A DNA stretch of 64,000 nucleotides from NCBI GenBank assembly GCA_030700025.1, contig JAUYKI010000010.1, positions 16,648 through 80,647 of the forward strand, in the 5' to 3' direction. Origin of the DNA: a bacterium (lineage in GTDB: Bacteria; Patescibacteriota; Minisyncoccia; UBA6257; 02-FULL-45-10c). Position numbers and translations under genes: made by a program. Numbering within the stretch: position 1 is the first letter of the stretch; every line of letters begins with the position of its first letter. The notes beneath the pieces were generated by a model. That model had not been told where the DNA came from, made no database searches, and worked only from the letters and a program-made list of their open reading frames with translations. Below, one piece after another: positions 21,093 through 29,725 of this stretch.

Positions 21093-21770
21093 TTATTTGA
21101 TTTGCAGAGTTTTTACAAATAATTTTTGCCAACCTAAAATCTTTCTTAAATGATTTATTCCACCGACATATAATCTTAAACACCCCTTATAATCAGGTAT
21201 TTTTTTAAAATTATATGGGGTAAATTTATACACCGTTGACTGAAATTGATTTAAACTAATTTTTAACCCTTGAGACCAATATTTTTCTAATTTTTCATCG
21301 GCGTATGGTTTGTGTATGTATAATCTGAATTTCATCTTTTCCCTGGGTATATCCAAAAACTTATTAAACCAATTAATCATTATTTTAATAATCATTGGGT
21401 CGGAATTTATTATTTCCGTGTTACCCCCTCTTTTACTTCCTTCGGCCCAGTACAAAGATAGCCCGATTATAAACAAAGGATTAGTAATAAATCCGGCCAA
21501 ACTCGAAGAAGCTTCTTTAAAAATTGCTTTTGTTCTTTGAATGCGTTTTTTTCTATTGGATATAGCGGCTTTAAATCTCGCTTTATCCATTTTTGAATTT
21601 ATTCGTTTTTCTAAATTATTTAATTGGCCCGGCGTAAGGCTAATATATTTTAACCACCCGGATAGCGTGCCCTTAGAAAGGTTTGGTATGCGACTCCTTA
21701 TTTCATTATATGACCGGCCGCTCTTTCTTAATTTTATAGCCAATTGTTTTTCAATAATTCTTTCTTTCAT
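21093..21770 (-). CDS. HTH plus LAGLIDADG-like putative endonuclease next to a tRNA
   Basis: N-terminal GRSYNEI...SKGTLSGW HTH; GLSLYWAEGSK and NSDP motifs; very basic and AT-rich. Confidence 0.6.
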   Translation of the reverse strand: MKERIIEKQLAIKLRKSGRSYNEIRSRIPNLSKGTLSGWLKYISLTPGQLNNLEKRINSKMDKARFKAAISNRKKRIQRTKAIFKEASSSLAGFITNPLFIIGLSLYWAEGSKRGGNTEIINSDPMIIKIMINWFNKFLDIPREKMKFRLYIHKPYADEKLEKYWSQGLKISLNQFQSTVYKFTPYNFKKIPDYKGCLRLYVGGINHLRKILGWQKLFVKTLQIK

Positions 21771-21849
21771 ATCTTAATGGTATATTTACCATTATATCAT
21801 AGTACGGATGACTTTTCAACTAAGAAGTTTTAAGCTATCTTAAACGTGA

Positions 21850-23340
21850 ATGGAACATTTCCCTAAATTTCGAGATAATGAGAAGGAACGAGCTATGGAA
21901 ATACCAAAAGCAGTAATTGAAGTAGCCAAGGGTTTGAAAGAAGCGGGCTTTGAAGCTTATTTAGTCGGCGGTTGTGTCCGGGATTTTTTGCTAAACAAAG
22001 AACCGAACGATTGGGATTTAACTACTAATGCCCGGCCGGAACAAATCCAGGAAGTTTTTCCGGATAGCGTTTATGAAAATTCTTTCGGTACCGTCGGAGT
22101 AAAAACCCGATCCGGAGAATCGGATACCGCATTAGTAGAAGCCACCACTTACCGCCTGGAAGGAAAATATACGGATAAGCGGCATCCGGATGAAATTACT
22201 TTCGCGAAAACTATTGAGGAAGATTTAGCGCGCCGGGATTTTACCATCAACGCGCTGGCAATGGATTTGAACCATAAAATCGTGGATCCGTTCGGCGGGC
22301 AGGAAGATTTAAAAAATAAAATGATCCGCGCCGTCGGCGATCCGGAAGCCAGATTCCAAGAAGACGCCTTGCGCTTGATGCGGGCTGTGCGCTTTATGGC
22401 GAAGTTAAATTTCCAGATTGATCCGGAAACAGAATCGGCAATTAAAAAACACGCCGGACTTTTAGAATTCATCGCCAAAGAAAGAGTCCGCGATGAACTT
22501 TCTAAAATGCTGATGGCGACCGACGCCGCCAGTGGAATCCGAAAAATGCAGGAGTCCGGATTATTAAAATTTGTTATGCCGGAATTAGAAGAGGGGGTAG
22601 GCTGCGGCCAAAACAAACATCATATCTATGATGTCTTTGAACACATTGTCCGCGCCTTAGATTATTCCGCCAGAAAAAATCATCCCTTTGAAGTCCGCTT
22701 AGCCGCGCTGTTGCACGACGTGGGAAAACCGCGAAGCAAAGAAGGCGATGGTCCGGATAGCCATTTTTACGCCCATCAAACGATCGGAGAAAAAATGGCC
22801 CTGAAAATGCTGGATCGGCTTCATTTTTCCAGAGATGTAATTGAACGAGTGGCGTTATTAGTTAAAGAACACATGTTTGTTTATGATCCGGAATCCGTTA
22901 CTCCGGCGGGCGTCCGCCGGCTGGTAAGGCGAGTAGGGCCGGAAAATATGGATAATTTGCTTTTACTTAGAGAAGCGGACCGGATCGGCTCCGGCGTTCC
23001 CAAAGCCCAGCCTTATCGCTTACGGCATCTTAAATTCTTAATCGAAAAAGTCAGTAAAGATCCGATTAGCGTAAAAATGCTGAAAGTAGGCGGCCAAGAC
23101 ATCTTACAGGAAGCCGGAATGGAACCCGGTCCGAAAGTAGGCAGTATCCTTTCTATCTTATTGGAAGAAGTGTTAGACGACCCGTCTTTAAATGACCGGG
23201 GCCTTTTGCTTATCCGGATAAAAGATTTGGCGCAAATGGAAAGTAAGAAATTGGAGGAAATGGCAAAATTCGCCAAAAAATCCGCCAATGAAGCGCAAAA
23301 TAGAATTGACGAGGAAATTAAGAAAAAATACTTTGTTTAA
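21850..23340 (+). CDS. cca: CCA tRNA nucleotidyltransferase with HD domain
   Basis: VGGCVRD, DWD, DLARRDFTINA, RFQEDALR, LLHDVGK. Confidence 0.92.
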   Translation: MEHFPKFRDNEKERAMEIPKAVIEVAKGLKEAGFEAYLVGGCVRDFLLNKEPNDWDLTTNARPEQIQEVFPDSVYENSFGTVGVKTRSGESDTALVEATTYRLEGKYTDKRHPDEITFAKTIEEDLARRDFTINALAMDLNHKIVDPFGGQEDLKNKMIRAVGDPEARFQEDALRLMRAVRFMAKLNFQIDPETESAIKKHAGLLEFIAKERVRDELSKMLMATDAASGIRKMQESGLLKFVMPELEEGVGCGQNKHHIYDVFEHIVRALDYSARKNHPFEVRLAALLHDVGKPRSKEGDGPDSHFYAHQTIGEKMALKMLDRLHFSRDVIERVALLVKEHMFVYDPESVTPAGVRRLVRRVGPENMDNLLLLREADRIGSGVPKAQPYRLRHLKFLIEKVSKDPISVKMLKVGGQDILQEAGMEPGPKVGSILSILLEEVLDDPSLNDRGLLLIRIKDLAQMESKKLEEMAKFAKKSANEAQNRIDEEIKKKYFV

Positions 23341-23380
23341 AAAATAGGCCCCTGCTAACCAAGTTAACAAGGGCTTTGTA

Positions 23381-23647
23381 CTACCTATGAGTAGCTTTCT
23401 TAGCCGCTCCTGCTTCACTACTAGTTCCAGTAAGAGCTACTAGCCAAGCGATGACACAAAGAACGGGATTCGTGTGCCAGTAATACGTCGTTGCCAGAAT
23501 TGCCACTGTCAGGTGTGGGGCAAAAATAAACCCCAACCAACCAAGCAAACCAAACGAACTTACCGTTCCTACGACTAGCATCGTAATGCGGGGGAAAAAC
23601 GCAATCGCAACCAAAAACCAAACTGTGTGAATTTGCCAGAAATCCAT
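23381..23647 (-). CDS. Small membrane protein
   Basis: AAGGAGG SD; hydrophobic; FPRIT motif. Confidence 0.7.
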   Translation of the reverse strand: MDFWQIHTVWFLVAIAFFPRITMLVVGTVSSFGLLGWLGFIFAPHLTVAILATTYYWHTNPVLCVIAWLVALTGTSSEAGAAKKATHR

Positions 23648-23779
23648 TTCTCCCTCCTTTTTCGACTCAAAAAACTATATATAGTATATATTATTTAGTC
23701 CTCCTTGTCAAGGAGTCTATATTATTTAACAGAAATCCGGCCTTAGCCGGATTCTTATTTTCATTATTCGTTTTTAATC

Positions 23780-24493
23780 CTAAACCGTCCTCTGATACGC
23801 CTCCCAGATATTCAATCCACAAAAAATAATTTCTATGATTATCAGGCTTTGGCCGATGGTAATTAAAATCGGCAGCGGCCAGATTAAAAACGCCAACAAA
23901 AAAATATAACCCAGCACCCAGGAGAAGAATTGGGTGCGCCCGATAACCGAAGCCTGTAAATTATCCAAAGCGAGTTCATCCGTCAAAGCTTTTTCTTCTT
24001 CTTCAGAAAGTCCGCGCAAATAACGGATTAAATAATCTTTTAAAATAATCCAGATTAAAATTATTTCCAATCCCAAAGCCACCATCAGCCACTCAACCGC
24101 CAGAAGCCGGGATTGATAAATAAGAAGGGTGGCGAAGATAACTATGAACCCGTCCCGGATATGATCCAGCCAAGTTCCTAAAATAGTTACATTATCGTTA
24201 TTTCTGGCAGTCGGTCCGTCAATGCCATCCGAAAGAAAAGCTAAAACTAGAAATAATAATTGCCATTTAACCGGATATTCTAAAAGGTTAAGCGTGAATC
24301 CGATGGCAATTAAAATAAATCCCAAATAAGTAATATAATTGGCGATAATTCCAATTTTATCAAAAAGGCTGGTTAAGGGGCGTAAAGCCCAGTCCCGCCA
24401 ATTTTTTTCCAAAGCAGTCAGGAAATCATCCTTTCTTTTAATAACCATGCCCCGGATTTTACGGCGCGGACTTGGCTTCAATTCTGATGTCAT
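23780..24493 (-). CDS. CDP-alcohol phosphatidyltransferase family protein
   Basis: DGIDGPTAR...GTWLDHIRD signature. Confidence 0.88.
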   Translation of the reverse strand: MTSELKPSPRRKIRGMVIKRKDDFLTALEKNWRDWALRPLTSLFDKIGIIANYITYLGFILIAIGFTLNLLEYPVKWQLLFLVLAFLSDGIDGPTARNNDNVTILGTWLDHIRDGFIVIFATLLIYQSRLLAVEWLMVALGLEIILIWIILKDYLIRYLRGLSEEEEKALTDELALDNLQASVIGRTQFFSWVLGYIFLLAFLIWPLPILITIGQSLIIIEIIFCGLNIWEAYQRTV

Positions 24494-24539
24494 ATACTAT
24501 ATAGTAGCAATATAATCGGGCTGTAGTATACCGGTAGTA

Positions 24540-24647
24540 TCCCTCACCCTTTGTTATAACGGAGTGTCGTATAGTGGTAGTATACACGCTTCGGGTGTGT
24601 GTGGTCTGGGTTCGATTCCCAGCACTCCGACAAGAAAGGGTGAGGGA
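24540..24647. mobile_element. TCCCTCAC-family palindromic element carrying a tRNA-Pro
   Basis: 13-bp TIR TCCCTCACCCTTT/AAAGGGTGAGGGA. Confidence 0.8.
24560..24630 (+). tRNA. tRNA-Pro(CGG), intact inner copy
   Basis: CGGAGTG/CACTCCG acceptor, CACGC-TTCGGGT-GTGTG, CTGGG-TTCGATT-CCCAG. Confidence 0.93.
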
Positions 24648-24710
24648 CGCTTCGGGTGCGTGAGTACTGGGTTCGATTCCCAGCAGCCCGACCAAATTAA
24701 AATTAAATAT

Positions 24711-24782
24711 GCGCGCTTAGCTCAGTGGTAGAGCATCTCTTTTACACAGAGAGGGTCGGGGGTTCGATCCCCTCAGCGCGCA
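24711..24782 (+). tRNA. tRNA-Val(TAC)
   Basis: GCGCGCT/AGCGCGC acceptor, loop TT-TAC-AC. Confidence 0.95.
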
Positions 24783-24910
24783 CAAAATATATAGCCGCAT
24801 TAGTGGCTATATTTATTATGAGGAGACGAACGGGAAGGGGGTTGACTAAATCACAAAAAAGAGTTACTATCTCTAAAGTTCCTGGCATTCAACTCGAGGA
24901 GGATCAAGCC

Positions 24911-25315
24911 ATGACCGACGAATATTTCGTGGGACAGCTTTGTCGGAAGATGGGTGAAACCGCGCCTTACGGAATTGAATGGGCCGAGCATCCGGAAGGC
25001 GGACTGATGGCAGAAATTAACGGGGTGTATTTAAGAATTGGGGGGGGCCAAGATTCGCCGATCTTTTTGGAAATTTCTTCGGGAATAAACACGCACATCA
25101 TTCGAGAGCCCAGATTGCCGCAAGCGCCAGCCAGAAAAGTTCTAAATTGGCTGGGCCGAAATTCCGAACAGGATGCGAATAAGCAAAAACTGCGGACTGA
25201 TTTAGAAACTCTGCTTAATCACGCTCTGAAACAATGCCTGAACCGCCGGCAAGATCCAGATCATCAAGAAAAAGTTAAGCAAATGCTCTTTGGACAAATT
25301 ATCGGAAAATTGTAA
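24911..25315 (+). CDS. Hypothetical protein (MTDEYF...)
   Basis: GAGGAGG SD; TTGACT promoter at about 24842; terminator at about 25326. Confidence 0.7.
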   Translation: MTDEYFVGQLCRKMGETAPYGIEWAEHPEGGLMAEINGVYLRIGGGQDSPIFLEISSGINTHIIREPRLPQAPARKVLNWLGRNSEQDANKQKLRTDLETLLNHALKQCLNRRQDPDHQEKVKQMLFGQIIGKL

Positions 25316-25409
25316 AAAGAATTTAATCCGCCAACCGGCGGATTTTTTTTATATTTTAAAAACTGCCACAGACTTCCGCCCGTGATTTTAGTAAGATACT
25401 TTAGCATAT

Positions 25410-25597
25410 AAAGCCGAGGTTATTTCTCTTGAAGGAACATCCCGCCACGCCCCGCCAAAGGCGAGGCTCCGCTTACAGCGGGGCCGGGGGCAGGCGTATT
25501 TTGCTTGGACCACAAAATACGCCGAGGGCGAAGAAAGTTTTATCGCTGGAATAAAACTATTCTGTTTCCGCAAAGAGATATAGCCGAGACCCTTGAC
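25410..25597. repeat. Nested palindromic element upstream of the rpsA promoter
   Basis: Arms match 18132-18476 in reverse complement; ends at the TTGACC-17-TATACT promoter. Confidence 0.72.
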
Positions 25598-25628
25598 CCC
25601 TCTTTTTTTATTATCTATACTACTTCTC

Positions 25629-26717
25629 ATGACTATTGCTATCAAAAAGGAGTCAGCCATCGCCCAATTGCTTAAATCTTCGCCGGACTTGTTCGGCATT
25701 GTTAAAGAAGGGGATTTAGTGGATGCCAAATTGCTGAAAAGAATGCCGCGCGCGGTTTATTTTGATTTAGGAAAATTCGGCACCGGCGTAGTTTATGGCT
25801 TAGAACTTTTAAACGCCAAAGAAGTATTAAAAAATCTTAAAGAAGGCGATCCCATCTCCGCTAAAGTAGTGGAGGCGGAAAATGAAAACGGTTACGTGGA
25901 GCTTTCTTTGGTAGAAGCCGGAAAGCAAAAATCCTGGCAAACTGTCCGCGATTTGCGGGAAAGCGGAATGGAAACTTTGGTAAAAATAACCAATGTTAAT
26001 TCCGGAGGATTAATGGCCGAAATCGACGGCTTAAAAGCTTTCTTGCCGGTTTCCCAGCTTTCCAACGAACACTATCCCCGGGTAGATGACGGCAACCGGA
26101 CTAAAATTCTGGAAGAATTAAAAAAGTTTGTCGGCCAAGAACTAAACGTTAAAGTCATTGATGCTAATCCCCGCAATGACAAGCTGATTATTTCCGAAAA
26201 GGAAATTACCTCCCAAGACGTAAAAGAATATCTCGCCAAATATAAAGTCGGCGATGTTATTGACGGCATTATTTCCGGCGTAGCGGATTTCGGAGCTTTT
26301 ATGCGCTTTGCCGATAATCCGAAAATAGAGGGGTTAATCCACATATCCGAATTAAGCCACCGCTTAATTGAAAATCCGAAAGATATTATCAAAGTAGACG
26401 AATCCGTTAAGGCCAAAATCCTGGATATCAAAGACGGACGGGTAACCCTTTCCTTAAAAGCATTAAAAGAGGATCCGTGGCTGAAAGCCGAGGAAAGATA
26501 CCAAGCCAATCAGGAAGTTCCGGGAACTGTCCTCAAATTCAATCCCTTTGGCGCCTTTATCGGCTTGGACGCCGACATCCAGGGCCTGATCCACATCTCC
26601 GAATTCGGCAGCGCCGAAGAGATGTCCAAGCAATTAGCCATCGGAAAAACTTATACCTTTACCATTACCTCCGTTAAGCCTGCCGAAAAAAGAATTATCT
26701 TGAAATTGAAAAAATAG
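25629..26717 (+). CDS. rpsA: 30S ribosomal protein S1 (short form, probably leaderless mRNA)
   Basis: Tandem S1 domains (FGAF..GLIHISE); TATACT 7 nt before the ATG. Confidence 0.9.
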   Translation: MTIAIKKESAIAQLLKSSPDLFGIVKEGDLVDAKLLKRMPRAVYFDLGKFGTGVVYGLELLNAKEVLKNLKEGDPISAKVVEAENENGYVELSLVEAGKQKSWQTVRDLRESGMETLVKITNVNSGGLMAEIDGLKAFLPVSQLSNEHYPRVDDGNRTKILEELKKFVGQELNVKVIDANPRNDKLIISEKEITSQDVKEYLAKYKVGDVIDGIISGVADFGAFMRFADNPKIEGLIHISELSHRLIENPKDIIKVDESVKAKILDIKDGRVTLSLKALKEDPWLKAEERYQANQEVPGTVLKFNPFGAFIGLDADIQGLIHISEFGSAEEMSKQLAIGKTYTFTITSVKPAEKRIILKLKK

Positions 26718-26748
26718 TTCTGATGCCTCATAATTAGGGGTAATAACT

Positions 26749-28584
26749 ATGCAGACTTTTTATAAAAGCATCCTTTGGGCTACTTTAGTTTTATTTTTGC
26801 TTTCGCTGGCTTTTTCTTTTCTTTTTGACACTCAAGCTAAGCCGGAAGTTCTTAGCCTTAACCAACTAACCGCCAGAATCAACTCCGGCGAGATAACTAA
26901 AATCACCGTTCAAGGCGATAATCTTAAAATTTCCCTGAAAGACGGAAAAGAAGCCGTTGCTCAAAAAGAAACAGAATCCGGTTTAAGCGAAACTCTGAAA
27001 AATTACGGCGTAAAAACTGACGCCCTGAATCAAGTGGCGATAGAAATCCAAGACGAATCCGGTTTTCAATTTTGGATGGGCATTCTTCTGCCGACGCTTC
27101 TGCCATTAATCGCCATGGTGGTTATTTTCTGGTTTATTTTCCGGCAGGCAAAAACCGGCGCTAACCAGGCTTTTACTTTCGGCCGTTCCAGTCTCCGGCT
27201 TTATGGTAATTTTAAAGACCGTCCAACCTTTAAAGACGTAGCCGGCCTGAAAGAAGCCAAACACGAATTGGAAGAGGTGGTGGATTTCCTGAAAAATCCA
27301 AAAAAGTTTTTGGACATGGGCGCCCGTATTCCGCGCGGAGTTTTATTGATGGGCTCGCCAGGCACCGGAAAAACTTTATTAGCAAGATCCGTAGCCGGTG
27401 AAAGCGGAGTTCCATTCTTTTTCATTTCCGCTTCAGAATTCGTAGAAATGTTCGTGGGTGTTGGCGCTTCCCGAACCCGCGATGCTTTTGCCACCGCCAA
27501 AAAAGCCGCTCCTTCTATCTTATTTATTGACGAGATTGACGCGATTGGCCGGGAACGCGGCGCCGGAGTGGGAGGCGGACACGACGAACGGGAACAAACC
27601 CTAAACCAAATCTTAGTGGAAATGGACGGCTTTGAACGGGACAATAATGTAATAGTTTTAGCCGCTACCAACCGGCCGGATATTTTGGACCGGGCTCTTT
27701 TGCGGCCAGGCCGTTTTGACCGCAGAGTTTGGCTGGACTTGCCGGACATCAACGACCGCGAGGCGATTTTAAAACTCCACGCGAAAGACAAACCATTAGC
27801 CAAAAATACCGATTTGCGGCAAATCGCGATCCGCACGCCTGGATTTTCCGGAGCGGATTTAGCCAACTTAATGAATGAATCGGCGATTTTAGCCGCCCAT
27901 CATAACCGAAAAGAAGTTATTCAAAATGATCTTTATGATTCCATTGAAAAAGTAATGCTCGGCCCCCAAAGAAAGGGGCGGGCTATCAGTCAAAAAGAAA
28001 AAGAAATTACCGCCTATCACGAAGCCGGCCACGCCTTGGTCGCTGCCAGCTTAAAAGACGCTGATCCGGTGCATAAAATTTCTATAATCAGCCGCGGCCG
28101 GGCCGGCGGTTACACTTTAAAATTGCCGTTGGAAGAACAACGGTTGCGGACTCGTTCCCAATTTTTAGCGGAAGTAGCAGTGGCCCTGGGCGGTTACGTG
28201 GCTGAGCAAGAAATTTTCGGGGAAATGAGCACCGGCGCATCCAGTGATTTACGCGAAGCTTCCAAAGTTACCCGGGCGCTAGTAACCCAATTCGGCATGA
28301 GCGAAGCTATCGGCCCGCAAACTTTCGGCGAATCGCACGATCTTATGTTTTTAGGAAAAGAAATTACCAGCGAACGGAATTATTCCGAAGCCACCGCGGA
28401 TAAAATTGACATAGAAGTAAAAAAATTCACTGAACGCTCTTATACGGCGGCAAAAAAAATAATTTCTTCCCGCCGGCAAATATTAAAAGCGGTTGCCCAA
28501 GCCCTGATAGAAAAAGAAGAATTGGAAAAAGAAGCTTTTGACAAAATTATCAGCAGTTTTAAACTAAAGCCGTTGTCGATTTAG
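26749..28584 (+). CDS. ftsH: ATP-dependent zinc metalloprotease FtsH
   Basis: 2 TMs, GSPGTGKT, DEID, RPGRFDR, HEAGH. Confidence 0.97.
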   Translation: MQTFYKSILWATLVLFLLSLAFSFLFDTQAKPEVLSLNQLTARINSGEITKITVQGDNLKISLKDGKEAVAQKETESGLSETLKNYGVKTDALNQVAIEIQDESGFQFWMGILLPTLLPLIAMVVIFWFIFRQAKTGANQAFTFGRSSLRLYGNFKDRPTFKDVAGLKEAKHELEEVVDFLKNPKKFLDMGARIPRGVLLMGSPGTGKTLLARSVAGESGVPFFFISASEFVEMFVGVGASRTRDAFATAKKAAPSILFIDEIDAIGRERGAGVGGGHDEREQTLNQILVEMDGFERDNNVIVLAATNRPDILDRALLRPGRFDRRVWLDLPDINDREAILKLHAKDKPLAKNTDLRQIAIRTPGFSGADLANLMNESAILAAHHNRKEVIQNDLYDSIEKVMLGPQRKGRAISQKEKEITAYHEAGHALVAASLKDADPVHKISIISRGRAGGYTLKLPLEEQRLRTRSQFLAEVAVALGGYVAEQEIFGEMSTGASSDLREASKVTRALVTQFGMSEAIGPQTFGESHDLMFLGKEITSERNYSEATADKIDIEVKKFTERSYTAAKKIISSRRQILKAVAQALIEKEELEKEAFDKIISSFKLKPLSI

Positions 28585-28656
28585 GGCATATAGCTCAATG
28601 GTTAGAGTACCGAGCTTATACCTCGGCGGTTCTTGGTTCGAATCCAAGTATGCCCA
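28584..28656 (+). tRNA. tRNA-Ile(TAT)
   Basis: GGGCATA/TATGCCC acceptor, CCGAG-CTTATAC-CTCGG anticodon arm. Confidence 0.9.
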
Positions 28657-28706
28657 CCCTTAAAAAGAAAAAACACCAGCAGGGATTTTTATAAGAAAAA
28701 ACCCTG

Positions 28707-29486
28707 CTATAAAGCAGGGTTGAAACGCTTGCAACTTTCAATAAAGGTCTGAATCTCATCCCGGTTGGGAAACTGGACGCCGCGCTCCAGCAGAACCTGG
28801 AAAGCCCTCGGCAAATAGAAGAACTTGTGCGAGTGGTACATGGTCGTCGCCCGCTCCACATCTTCCTTATTTTCCTCGGCTTCCTTGTCGCTCATCCGGA
28901 AATTTTCAGGGGAAACCCATTCGGTTTCCTTGATTTCCTGGCTTTCCCTTTTGAGCCGACCAGCCTCCACCTTCAGCGTACGGCAAACCACCAGTTTGTG
29001 CATCCGGTCGGGCGACGGAAACTCCGACACCACTTCCGGCCAAATCAGCAAACCAGTTTCTTCCAGCTCTTCCCGAATCGCGGTCAAAAGAATTTTTACG
29101 GTTTCGGAATTCGGATCCCAATCCTGAACCAGGCCAGGATTCAGCTTCCGCTCTCCCTCGTAATTTCCCGAAAACCACTTCCGGAAATCGAAGATTCTCT
29201 GAATCTTGGGGATGCCTTCGTCCAACACCTGGCCGACTTGCGCCCAGGTAATGTCCGAGCCCTTGCTCTGAAGCCGGGCGATCAAATTTTCCATATCCAT
29301 CAGCGCTTCTTCCAGAGTCTTCTCGCCGGAAACCGGCTTAGTCTCCATGTAACGCTCGTGAACCAGAAGCACCCGCCCCTCTTCGTCCATGGTCAAATTC
29401 TTGACCGTAATGCTCGGCTTGTTTGGAAATTCCATCCGGCCGCCGCTCAATCCCCAGCCCTCGCGCTTACTGGAAAGCTGTCTCAC
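28707..29486 (-). CDS. Nudix-family hydrolase with unusual motif order (GTG start)
   Basis: GGGAGG SD; WGLSGG, GRVLLV, AIREELEETGL. Confidence 0.7.
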   Translation of the reverse strand: MRQLSSKREGWGLSGGRMEFPNKPSITVKNLTMDEEGRVLLVHERYMETKPVSGEKTLEEALMDMENLIARLQSKGSDITWAQVGQVLDEGIPKIQRIFDFRKWFSGNYEGERKLNPGLVQDWDPNSETVKILLTAIREELEETGLLIWPEVVSEFPSPDRMHKLVVCRTLKVEAGRLKRESQEIKETEWVSPENFRMSDKEAEENKEDVERATTMYHSHKFFYLPRAFQVLLERGVQFPNRDEIQTFIESCKRFNPAL

Positions 29487-29607
29487 GGTTAAATCCTCCC
29501 TTGCCCGTCCGTAGTCTCGCGAAGCGAGACGTAGGCGGGTTTGAATTTTCAAGCTGGCTATTCCCAGCACTGGTGGCAGGATACCATAAAAATAAATCTT
29601 TGTCAAA

Positions 29608-29677
29608 CCCCGTTAGAAGCCGCCCTCGCTAAAGCGAGTGGCTACGGCCACCTAGGGGCGGTCTGCTTCTAACGGGG
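29608..29677. mobile_element. Short CCCGTTAGA-family element, copy 3
   Basis: CCCCGTTAGAAGC/GCTTCTAACGGGG TIR, TCAAA direct repeat on both flanks. Confidence 0.75.
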
Positions 29678-29725
29678 TCAAATTTACCCAATTCCCAAGG
29701 TGGAGTATCATGAGTATATAAACCC

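Larger units (their letters stand above)
24517..24694 (+). pseudogene. Interrupted outer tRNA-Pro(CGG): 5' part 24517-24540, 3' part 24647-24694
   Basis: CGGGCTG pairs with CAGCCCG-A-CCA; anticodon arm ACGC-TTCGGGT-GCGTG; split between the D arm and anticodon arm. Confidence 0.85.

Noticed and set aside
24725-24910. N-terminal extension of ORF 24725..25315
   Set aside because: It overlaps tRNA-Val; the SD and promoter point to the ATG at 24911.
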